NCBI GenBank assembly: GCA_029953675.1
Contig: JAMWBK010000003.1
Span: 1,364,001 to 1,428,000 of the forward strand
Length of the DNA: 64,000 bases
Reading direction: 5' to 3'
Source: Rhodosorus marinus CCMP1338
Taxonomy: Eukaryota > Plantae > Rhodophyta
Of the stretch, positions 1 through 10,121 are shown in pieces. Numbering within the stretch: position 1 is the first letter of the stretch; each line of letters starts with the position of its first letter. The notes under the pieces are model-generated. The model did no database searches and was not told the DNA's origin. It saw only the letters and a program-made list of their open reading frames with translations. The position numbers were made by a program, and so were the translations under genes.

Positions 1-60
1 GTGGCTGCGTATACGGACTGACTTAAAACTGAGATCTTGGAGCTTATCTAGCAAGAAGTT

Positions 61-360
61 GGAGATTACGATCCGATCTGCGCTCCGACAGTAGGTTTCA
101 ACACAGCCCGACTGGTAATTGCAATAGCATTACACAACGAATGGGTTCTACATCAATTGGATGTGAAGATGGCCTACTTGAGCGGCAATACCAACGAAGA
201 TGCATAGATGTAACAGTCAGAAAGCTACGCAGACGGTACAAACCGCGTATGCAAATTGAACAAAGGCCTATATGGTCTAAAACGACGTGCAAAGCATGGA
301 ATCAGACATTGACAGTTGATCTGGAGCGTATTGGTTTTGAGCGAGGGGATCGATGCACTG
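61..360 (+). pseudogene. Ty1/Copia reverse transcriptase fragment, decayed
   Basis: Frame from 61 reads DYDPICAPTVGFNTARLVIAIALHNEWVLHQLDVKMAYLSG..*M*..VCKLNKGLYGLK, then shifts to AWNQTL. These match the Copia RT motifs HQLDVKTAFL and LKKSLYGLKQ..RAW, with stops and a frameshift. Confidence 0.85.
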
Positions 361-798
361 TCACCAGCAGCAAACCCACGAGGTAAAGAAGCAGCCTCCG
401 AAGGAACGGATTTAAACCTAGACATCGGTTCACGCAAATCCCGAACATGGACGGAAAACGAGGCAATCAGAGCCGGCGACGCTATTTGCAATACGAGCGT
501 AGAATTGTGCAATAGGAGATGTCGTTGTTGACAGTGGGGTTACGGATCACGTTTTGGGGAATACGAGATTCCTCTCGAAGCTGAGAAGGATCGAGCCGAA
601 AGAAGTCTGGACAGCAGTTGGCAGCAAACTAACAAGGACAACTACAAAAAAAAGCAAACAGGACAACAGTTTCACAAAACAACGGATGAAGATAGGTGTT
701 AAGTGACTTTGGTCTGGAGGGGTGGTGTTAAGGCGTACATGCCAAAGTCTACACACAATGGAGCGAACGCTACGTTACGTTCCGGAGCTGACGGGCGA

Positions 799-896
799 GC
801 TCATCAGTAGTATTGACGAATGAACCCACGTGTTCCCTTACAAAGGTACTCATCACTAGTATGAACAAATGAACCGAAGTGTTCCCTTACAAAAGT
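799..896. repeat. Diverged tandem duplication, ~50-bp unit x2
   Basis: ctcatca.tagtat.....aatgaacc...gtgttcccttacaaa.gt occurs at 799 and 849. Confidence 0.8.
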
Positions 897-1696
897 CTAT
901 CAATGATGCCGTGGTGGAACACTCGACACATCACGAGGAAGAAGAAGAGTCTTCTACGAGGACGCAGAGCTCGTAGAAGAACTAGGCTCAGAAGCTGCGT
1001 CCGAAGATGCGCTAGTAACGGGTCAAGAACTATATCCGATGAAATACAGGCCTTGTCGGCTAGGTCTGGAGCAACCAGCCGTTAACCGCATTACGGCGGA
1101 GCCTAAAGAACCCATGAGTGCAGAAGAAGCCATGGAGAGTAGTTTTTCCACCCGAACGGAGAGATCCGCGGATGCTGACCAAGCGTTGGAATGCACAATG
1201 GTGTGCCTCTCGAGAGAGGGTTTGTCGTATCAGAACCATTATTCCATTCTGCGGTCCGTCTGCCGCGCCTTCCCTGGCCCCAAGTCCACGTCTGGGGTGA
1301 GTCTGCTAGCTGGTAGAGGCATCGAGTGACACCAGTGAGGTCGCTGGTGTTCCCAATGCGGGAGTACAACTTAAAGATCGCCTTGATGAACTCCTGGACG
1401 GCTGCTTCCCCAATGCCCACACCATGACAAAACTGGTCACAGGTGCGCAGCTGTTATATGAAAGAGGCGGCTGGAACATTAGTGGCATCAGTCTCATTCC
1501 TGCTCCCCGCCTGCGTAACGTCTTCTGCTGGTGTTGATGTCCTTGGTTGCTGCTCTGATACCACAGCGCGGTGCTGTAGTGCATGTAACACTTCCATGGC
1601 ACCCGGTGCCGGTGAACCGGGGATGAGAATTGGCTCTGAGTTCGGCCCCCGCGCCTCCCGCACTATCATATTCTTCTGGTTTCCGATTCCAACTTC

Positions 1697-1771
1697 GCTC
1701 CACGCCAACCCAGAGCTTTTTGCTCCACGCCAACCCCGAGCTTTTTGCTCCACGCCAACCCCACAGTTTGT
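1697..1771. repeat. 25-bp tandem repeat x3
   Basis: The unit gctccacgccaaccc(a/c)gagcttttt starts at 1697, 1722 and 1747; the third copy diverges at its end. Confidence 0.9.
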
Positions 1772-1779
1772 CCCCCCAG

Positions 1780-1990
1780 ACTAGTCGTGCATCAACAGCG
1801 CGAGCGAGTTTGCGAAACTCAAAGGTCGGATGACGGAATTATCCCGAAGACCCGCCCTTTGGCAAACAGGTGCGACCACCACGCACCATTCTCAAATTCC
1901 GGCGCAGCATCCGCAGGCGGCCGTTGTCAATCAACTTGCGACAGGACCCAGCGTCAATCGACTCGAACCCGTAGCCAGCCTCCGCATAGG
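1780..1990 (+). mobile_element. Retrotransposon gag-like relic, inverted copy of 4600-5340
   Basis: High nucleotide similarity to the reverse complement of ~4670-4799 plus ~5037-5145 (e.g. gacccgccctttggcaaacaggtg; gcaggcggccgttgtcaatcaacttgc). Confidence 0.7.
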
Positions 1991-1991
1991 G

Positions 1992-4578
1992 TATCACGAC
2001 CTCACAGTACAGATGGTAACAAAACAACTGGAGACAAATCTATACCCAGAGTACCAAATTGGGTACAGATCAGGAACGGCTACAAAACATCGGTACAAAT
2101 CAGGAATGACTACAACACAAACTGCAAACAAATCAGAAGCATAAGTAGGATTGATCATGAGAAACTAGACTATAAATACGGAGGTATTCGGCCTCCAGAG
2201 CTGGATGAGAGAGAGAGAGGTATCCAAAAATAAGAAAACATTTAAAACATTAAGGAAATTAAAAAGAGTTTTTGGATCGAAGACACCTGGTAACTGGACT
2301 TTACTACCTGGTAACTACGAGCGTGTCATTTTGGTCTCATCAACCGCATGGTGGTAACTGAAACCTGAACCCGAATGTCGTCGCTCATAAAGATCCAGGC
2401 CCCGCAACCGAAGGCTTACGACGGAGGCAGGGATGCGCTGCTGATTAGCACGTTCCTAAACAGCTTACGAACGTATTTTAAATTAGCGCGACTTCCTGAA
2501 GACGACGAAGAATATAAGTTTACCCTAGCCGAGGGTTATCTCATTGGTGACGCTTCCTATTGGTGGTCACTACTTCCCGACAGCCAGAGACCGTCGACAT
2601 ATGAAGGATTTGAGAATACACTTAAAGCCCAGTTCTACCCAGCGGACGCTAAGATCCGGGCGAAACAGCAACTCGCACAGTCAGAGCAGAAAACGACTGT
2701 AGCAGCATATTCGGCATATTTCAATAAATGCCTGATCCAGGTTGGAGAAATCTCGGACTCGGAGAAATTTGATAGATTCGTCGAAGGCCTCAAACCGGAC
2801 ATCAAGAAATACATATATATCCAAGACCTTCGAAGAGGCTCAAACTCTGGCGTTAAAGATTGAAGGAGCCGAGGTAGCCAGCTACGGTTCGGGACCGGAC
2901 ACACGAGCATCGAAACAGCGGAGACCTGAACCAAGGGAAACTACCTTTGAGAGCAGAGGAACCCGCTCAGGCAGAAGGTATCTACCCACGACCCAGGAGC
3001 TAAAACGTCACAACTATGCCAACATTATCTGCGACTACTGTGGAAAAAGGGGCCATACGATGCGCATTCGCTGGAGTAATCCGGGAAGGGATCCGACTGT
3101 TGCGAAGTCGGCACCCCCATTAACCCAGCAGTTAAAAGAGGAGCAACAGTAGGGGACGCCGTTATTGTTGCTGAAAAAGGCGTCCCTATTCCTCTCCACG
3201 GGATATGACAGTCAAAGGGTTGGTCAACAGCAAGGAAACCCCTCTGCTGATCGATACAGGTAGCAGCCTTCTGTCATAAGGGGATTGTCAGAACCGGGGC
3301 CGTTGTTACCTTCCCGAGTTAGGCGATTGGACACAGCGTCAACGGGCGCATCGATTGACATCCTGGGTGAGGCCGATGTGACCCTACAACTAGGTGGTCA
3401 TCACTTCGATTGGCAGCCCTATGTAGTTGAAGACGCTGCGAGCCCCGGCTATTTAGGAAGAGATTTCCTACAAAAATACAACGCGCAGCTGAATTTACAC
3501 AACCACACCCTGATCATACATCCAGAACAACCTGAAGAAGAAAACCCTGAAAATTATCCGGGAAATCAACCTGAAAAACTCCTTGATGATGAACATCTCA
3601 ACCTGGAGAAAATCCTGAAAATCTTAAAATTCCTGAAGAAATGAATCCGGAAGGAAATAACCCCCGACGAAAATTACTCTGAAAAACCAGAAAAACAACC
3701 AGAGGAGACTCCTGAACATAAGCAACCAGAGGAGGACTCAAACAACCAGAGGAAACTCCTGAACATAAACAACCAGAGGAGTATCCTGCAGATCCAGAAC
3801 CGAATGATGATCCGTTTATTCAGACTGAATCCTGAAGAAACCCGAAAAAGAACCAGAAAAAAAAGATTCAAGAAAATCATACGAAAAATCAAGAAGGCAG
3901 AAAGAGGCGGAAGAGTTGGAGACTTGGATAACAGCAGACTTCGCTAATGACATCAACGCATTACCCCCTCGGCGAAAGGTGAACTTCGCAATTGAATTGA
4001 AACCCGGAGCAACACCAACGTCAAAACGACCTTATAGGATGAGCCTTGTGGATCAGCGGGAATTGAAGTCGCAGCTGCAGGATCTAGTGGCTAAAAACCT
4101 GATTCGACCTAGCTCCTCGCCATTCGCGTCACCCTGTCTGTTCGTGGATAAGAAAGATGGTGGAAAAGCTTGTGTATCGACTACCGACGGCTAAATCAAC
4201 AGACGATACCAAATAAGACGAGCCCTCCGAGGATTGATGACTGCCTGGATGCGCTGGGTACCGCCTCATACCTAAGCGTCATCGACTTAAGGAGCGGCTA
4301 TTGGCAACTCAGAGTGGAGGAAAAGGATATTCCCAAGACGGCTTTCGCGACGCCGTTCGGATTATATGAATGGCTTGTGGTGCCGTTTGGCCTCACAAAT
4401 GCCCCGGCAGTCTTTACGAGACTGCTGAATCAACTCTTCTTCGATGAGTTGGGCGTTTTTGTGACCATCTTCTTTGATGACACCATAATTTACTCGAGGA
4501 ACCTGGAGACGCACCGAAGACATGTCGACATCGTGTTCAGGAAATTACGGGAGGCTAGATTGTACAGCAATCTAGCCT
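1992..4578 (+). mobile_element. Truncated Ty3/Gypsy LTR retrotransposon (5' LTR, gag, protease, RT; no RNase H or integrase seen)
   Basis: LTR ~1992-2328 (tatcacg...cgtgtca), homologous to 60045-60730. Gag at 2375-2863 (retrotransposon gag pattern YF....W...F..QF...L..GL.P). Decayed knuckle CDYCGKRGH near 3030. Protease LIDTGSS near 3250. RT at 3916-4578 (PYRMS, SSSPFASP, CIDYRRLN, DLRSGYWQ, PFGLTNAPA, FFDD), with frameshifts. Confidence 0.93.
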
Positions 4579-4599
4579 CCCGTAATTTTGTATTGTGAA

Positions 4600-5340
4600 A
4601 CAACTACCAGCAATACAGTCAGTCCTCGGAAGTCCCCTCAAGGGTGTCGGTGCCAGGACACCTGTCCCACCCTGGTGGAAGCTGGTTACGGGGTCGAGTT
4701 GATTGACGCTAGGCCGTGTCGCAAGGTGATTGATGCTGGTTCCATGTGCAAGTTGATTGACAACGGCCGCCTGCGTGAGTGCGCCGGAATTTGAGAATGA
4801 ATGAATGAATGGTTTAATCGGAGGCTGAAAAAAAAAAACCCCGAGGGGAAAAAAAGACCAAGCGCGGCGAAGTACTCGCGCCTCCAACATCAAAGCGGCA
4901 TTCATGCGCCACAGCAGGAAACTTAAGCGGGTAAACAACGATTGAAGACGGTCAGGGCGTTCGCGGAACAACTCCCGAAGCCAGCGAGAACCAACAGAGT
5001 CCATGAACCCAAAGCACTCAATGATCAGGGGGTACCATTTGAGAATGGTGCGCAGTGGTAACACCTGTTTGCCAAAGGGCGGGTCTCCGGGAGAATTCCG
5101 TCATACGACCTGTGAGTCTCGCTCACACTGTTGATACGCTAGTAGAGTTGAAAGACTGATTCGTAGAAGGCCTCAATCTTGGTAGCACAGGTCATACTGC
5201 GGAGCTTATGCAGAAACGAGGCCACTGGATCTGCGGCGTGCTTGCTCGGCCCTGGGTTCCTCCTGCAGATCGCCTTTCTGTCCTGTGGTGGTCCTGGCTT
5301 CCTGCGCGTCTCCCGTAGGCTGTTGCTGGTGCTCATTCAC
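4600..5340 (-). mobile_element. Retrotransposon gag-like relic, host of the 4800-5036 insertion
   Basis: Minus strand reads FLHKLRSMTCATKIEAFYESVFQLY*RINSVSETHRSYDGILPETRPL, loosely resembling a Gypsy gag core. Repeated in inverted form at 1780-1990. Confidence 0.5.
4800..5036 (-). mobile_element. 5'-truncated non-LTR retrotransposon (RLE-type 3' end) with 11-bp target-site duplication
   Basis: Flanked by atttgagaatg at 4789-4799 and 5037-5047. Minus strand encodes PLIIECFGFMDSVGSRWLRELF...LFTRLSFLLWRMNAALM (RLE C-terminus) and ends in T-runs and (CATT)n. Confidence 0.85.
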
Positions 5341-5486
5341 CATTTCCCGGGTACCCGAGGTGTGTGGGCTCGGGATCACAAGAGGCTCGGGGTACGGCCC
5401 GCGTACCTCTCCACAATCATACGTGTAACTGCTTGCAAACTTTTACAGTTGTTTTCCGGAAATAAGGCCGTCCAAAAACTTCTCTC

Positions 5487-6594
5487 TAACCCCAGACTTA
5501 ACCCGCAGCCTTTATTACCATATTTATGTAACCGTAAGCTTTACCGTGTACACTTTACTGAAGAGCTCCCTATTGGAGCCCATTAAGAAGGAATAGGGAT
5601 TCTATTGGTCAGCAAAGAAACCCCTAACTGGTTGTGTTGCTACGTTCTAAGATAGGGACGATTTCATAGTCTGCTTCGTTGACACGCCGAGCCTGGATGG
5701 CGAGGATAGCGTTCCCTTATCTGCAGAGTGCGGTTCAAGATCGCCCGAGCCTCACTTACTTGCGTTTCCCTCTTATCCAGGTGTACAGTCACCTCCTTCA
5801 GGAACTCACTCGCTTGTTTTCCCACCTGCCCAAATGTTCCCAGACAGAAGGGGACGAAGATGTCGTCATTGTGTTCTCCGATACTGTCACGGTATTTGGA
5901 CTCTTTAAACTTTTCCGCTTTGTGTACCGCATACCCGGTCTCCCAAGACGCTTTGGGTAGTTGTGTTCTTTGCAACGGCGAGGTCACCTTCACATCGATC
6001 ACATAGAGCTTGCCTGTTCGTGGGTGTCGAGCTAGGATGTCAGGGCGGAGCCGACTTTCTTGGTAGTGTCCAGTGGGTTCTACTGTCACTTCTAGTCGCC
6101 ATTGTCTCAGCAGAGTGGCCAGTGCGTCCCTGACCATGTTGTGCCGAAGTGTCCAGCTCCCTATAGAGCTGGTGCAAGTGTTGGACGCGTTGAATGCCTG
6201 CAGCGTCATGTGGTTGTGAACAGATCGTACACGTACTAAGTGTTCGTACACCCGGGAGCGGCAATCCTAACAGTTGTCACAGGCTCAGGTTCAGTTCCCC
6301 GCTACTCAGCTGGCGTCCGTGTGTCGTTGGCAACTCTCGCAGCCAGGTACCTCCTCCGGATCCCTTACAGGAACGTATCCGCGCACGTATATCTCGCTGA
6401 TACCCGCGTTGTCCACCAAATCCTCGAATGCCCGTCGGTGACTCCAGTTGGAGATGAGTTTTTGGGTTGAACCGATGAAGGGCATGTCGGGTGGTGTGTG
6501 CGGGTTCTCTTCTTGTTCTTGGCTCTCCAGCGATTGCCATTCCGTTAGGCGGAGTAATGGGGGCTGGTCCTCGTGCCGGACTGCGTTTTGAATG
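5487..6594 (-). mobile_element. CRE-like non-LTR retrotransposon, 5'-truncated copy C (Zn knuckle + RLE + 3' UTR)
   Basis: ARIRSCKGSGGGTWLRELP...LGLPLPG; knuckle CTICSQPHDAAGI(H)ASNTC after a 1-nt frameshift; RHNMVRD, RPDI, DVKVTSP, AEKFKESKY, FVPFCLGTFG, then GNAIL. The 3' end carries AATAAA plus the ggggtta motif. Confidence 0.9.
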
Positions 6595-7040
6595 CAACCC
6601 CAGACTAACGTAACCCCGTAGCCTTTATTAGGCATCTACCTACCGCAGCGCAATACCACTACACTATGGTCGCTCTCAACTCCAGACTAACGTAACCCCG
6701 TAGCTTTTATTCGGCTGCTACCTACCGCAGCGCACCACTAAAACTCTATGTACGCTCTAAACATACCCAGACCCCCCGGTCCATGGGTCTCATCTAGAAA
6801 CTAGCTAAACGAAATATTGGTCGGTCAGCGCGATCCTTTTCGATCGCATGTTGTAGTAGCTGCGCATTTTGCTGCCATAAAATCCGGTTCAACTGGCCCC
6901 TCGCCGATGAGAGGTGTGTTTCACGACCGTGTAGATGCGCAGTCGCCTTTCGCAGAAAGTCAAGCCCTGCCCGTCCGAGTCGCCCGTACGGCTCAGGGAT
7001 GAATGGAACTAAGATCAACTCTCATCGTTCAACGCAAGAC
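6595..7040 (-). mobile_element. CRE-like non-LTR fragment, copy B, with duplicated ~82-bp 3' UTR unit
   Basis: ORF 6794-7018 reads LVPFIPEPYGRLGRAGLDFLRKA...LNRILWQQNAQLL (RLE C-terminus). Two tandem AATAAA-bearing units end at 6677 and 6595. Confidence 0.85.
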
Positions 7041-7290
7041 TAACCCCAGACTATCGTAACCCCGTACCCTTTATTCCGCTGCTAACTACCGTAGCGCACG
7101 ACTAATACACTATGTACGCTCTGAACATGCTGACCTCAGGGCAAGTTGGTCCCTTCGGCTTTGGCGATGCTCAACGGCGGCAGCCTGACATTCCTCCATT
7201 AAAACCTGTTGAGGTCGACCGGATTTGACGGTTGCATGGGCAAGGCTGTATTGGAGATGCCGCCGCGCTGCCCGATTCAGCAGGCTTACA
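7041..7290 (-). mobile_element. CRE-like non-LTR fragment, copy A, strongly decayed
   Basis: Same ~80-bp 3' unit at 7041-7122. Upstream DLNRF*WRNVRL aligns with QLNRILWQQNAQL of copy B. Confidence 0.65.
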
Positions 7291-7655
7291 AAGCAGCTTG
7301 AAGTGCATGCGATTTCTGAAGATAGATCCAGAATCTCAACGCAAGTCTAAATCATTCTGCTACTCCAGTAACTTCTTTTCAATCGATTCACTAGTTGCGA
7401 GAAACGTTCGAAGTCATAGCTACTTGCTTAAGTGCGATGGGTCCGCAATGTCCCCATAAAGTTCCACCATTCGCTATGGGAATACAGCCTAGAGATGGTC
7501 GAAGGGGTTGCTTGGGTCCTTGTTCTCATACCCTCTTTGGGATGAGGAAGACCTGTTCAACGGCTGGCCATGCTGCCCAGGAGGCACTACAAGATGAAGA
7601 GCAAAGTGAAGCCGAGGAAAGCCGCCAAAGTGTTATTTCTCTTGACTCAGATATG

Positions 7656-8584
7656 TCAACGGAGCGGCGATGAGCTTGCCAAATTTAGACGGCCAAGCTC
7701 TGTTCCCCGATACGTACCCATGGGGTTTGTCGCGTTTGGGTTCACACTTGCATAAGCCTGTTGCGCTTGCCATTGCTGTAGTTGCTGCATCTGTTGCATT
7801 TGTTGCATCTGCAGTTGCGCTTGCTGCATCTGTTGCATCTGTTGAGCTTGTTGCGCCTGCGCTACTTGCCCCAAAACAGCTGCTGATCGACTTACGCTGA
7901 CCGGTCCTTGCTGTGTCATAATGACAACGCCTTCCTCCTCACTTTCCGAGGTAGAGTCAGATTTTGACCTCTTCTTTTTCTTCGACGACTTTTTGGTCCT
8001 TGAAGCAGTCTTTGGCGGACGCCAGAAGTCCGGCGCTGGGAAGTCCGAGTTCCTCCTTGGCAAACTGGCGGCAATGGCGAGGATCCGGTGCGATAATCCA
8101 AGGAGTATTTCAGTCAGAATGTTTTAAGGTCCCCACAATCCAGATCCGTGGACTACTTGTCAGGCAAGGCTCACCGTACTGAAGGAAATCGATCATATCT
8201 CATATCGTAAGTAGCAGGATCCCCTTCCCAGTTCCCTTCGTACTTCAACCATATGAATTCTTTAATAGATTCTTTGGATGTCGACGGTTCGGGTTCCTCG
8301 TAGTCACGTGGATTGTATTTTGCCATCCACTTCATGCGCGATCTAGCGTTTCCAATGTCGACGAGCCGCATTGCATCCTCCACAGAGATGTGATCCTGAC
8401 GCAAGTTGCGAACCCGTCTGTTCATGTCCGCGTGAATCCCCGCGCAGACACTGCAAACGAAGATTCCAAGTGTTAAATTCACATGCGTTGACTCCCCTCC
8501 GCATTCCGCACAGTGATTGTTCGCTGGATCCCTCAGTTCATCGTCAATGATTCGAAATGCCTCCTCACCCCCTCTTCCTGCCAT
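7656..8584 (-). CDS. ArfGAP-domain protein (AGFG-like) with Lys/Ser-rich and Gln-rich tail
   Basis: CAEC-x16-CSVC zinc finger and IWLKYEG end motif. Intron 8174-8065 (gtgag...ccag) joins in frame to 8064-7656, giving 272 aa. Confidence 0.9.
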
Positions 8585-8757
8585 CTTATTTTAGGATTGA
8601 GAATCTCCTTCTAATTCTCTTGCAGAAACCCAAGTTAAGCTCAGTAGTAACGTCCACTAGTTCTCTTCGGAGTAAATAACGAGCGACTCCTTCGATTTCT
8701 TTCGGAGCACATTGCCTTCCTCGTCACTGCGGGGCTTCCCCACCTCACTAGGGCTTT

Positions 8758-9639
8758 AACTCGTCCCCGAACCTTAGCCGTAGAAACCATGGACACACCA
8801 CTTCTTGCCCAGAAAATGCTGGTGACGGTTTTCTTTGCCATGCAGCTGACCATTTGAACGTACAAAGCGAATGACTCTCACCAACGTCCATTGTGAGATT
8901 CGTATGGAAGGAAGGGTCATACAATTTTCTTCAGAAATTCTACGTTGACTATCGCAACATTCCAATACCGCAGAAGTCTCTGCTCGCCTGCGTTCGTTCG
9001 TGTCTTCAGTTCTAAATAGAATCGGATATCCATTCGGGCCAGCTCCTCCGAACTACTGGATGTAAAACGTATCGTCCGCGTGCTTGTTCGACTTTGGTTG
9101 AGCATTGCTCTTCACCAGAGCTGGCGCACGACTTACGAAAGGAGAATGTTCGGATGTAATCTGGTTTTTGGATTCTAGGATTGGGCGTAATTCTGAAAGC
9201 CGAAGACTTTGTTCTTTGATCACATGGACGGCTATCGGCAGAGATCCTATAGGCTTTGGACACAGTCAAAACGCGTTGGCGAAGCGAATATGGGCGTCAT
9301 TGGCAGTTACCCACTTTTTCCGTGCAACGCGGCAGAAGTGGGTGCCGGAGCAAACAACGCGACATCCAACGAGACCGCGAAGACTGCATTTTCGTTCCCA
9401 TCTGCCTTGAGACGCTTGGTCCACTGGGGAAATACGCAGATCAATTCACTATGGGGTCACTCGAAAGCCGCAAAAGGGATCCAGTGTGCTAGCGATGTCC
9501 AAGTGTCGCTGAATCGTGATCTTTCGCAACTCGTCCCCGAACCTTAGCCGTAGAAACCATGGACACACCACTTCTTGCCCAGAAAATGCTGGTGACGGTT
9601 TTCTTTGCCATGCAGCTGACCATTTGAACGTACAAAGCG
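8758..9639. repeat. Identical 112-bp direct repeats (8758-8869 and 9528-9639)
   Basis: Base-for-base identical by inspection, 658 bp between the copies. Confidence 0.95.
9000..9527 (+). pseudogene. Decayed CRE-like RLE fragment
   Basis: Pieces in different frames (ARLTKGE, DCIFVPICLETLGPLGKYA, SDVQVSLNRDL) are collinear with copy C at 5487-6594. Confidence 0.7.
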
Positions 9640-10121
9640 TTTCCTTGCCACACGTGCCCGTCAGTCGCTGAGCAGGAAACCTCGAATTGTTCCAATAGGA
9701 CGTGGGCCCACAACCACTCAGCTCACAAGATGTTCATACGGCGTGGACAGATTCCTTGTTTCTCTTTATGGGATCCACTGCGGAGCTCTAAAGTACACCG
9801 CACACGGCGGTTTACGCTAAAGTGGATTTCGGTTAGGATTCGAGCTTAAGTTAAGCTTTGCGTCAATGTACTTTCACGACTAATACCCAATTCAATGCAT
9901 TGTCGTTTTCCAAGCCCGTTCAAGTCTTGCCCCAAAACAAGAAGATTACAACTGAAGTTCATTCTCAACGCTGAATTGCGAATTGTCCGCTGTGGCATGG
10001 CCGTTGTCCAGCGTACCTTTTCCTACTTCACAAGGCGAACATCTCGAGCGCCTCCGAGAGTAGTCGTCCAAAGTTCTTCCGACCAGCTCATCGCTCGTGG
10101 AGGCTACCATTCCATCGGTTT

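Noticed and set aside
1039-1460. EPMSAEEAMES (Copia-like linker), GIGEAAVQEF (Harbinger-like) and CPHHDKTGH (decayed knuckle)
   Set aside because: Each match is too short and they point to different families, so no assignment was made.
2329-2350. Possible primer-binding site tggtctcatcaacc after the Gypsy LTR
   Set aside because: I could not match it to a tRNA 3' end or show convincing self-priming complementarity.
1697-7122. Short repeats considered as a CRISPR-like array
   Set aside because: Eukaryotic context, no regular unique spacers and no cas genes. The repeats are tandem units or retroelement 3' ends.
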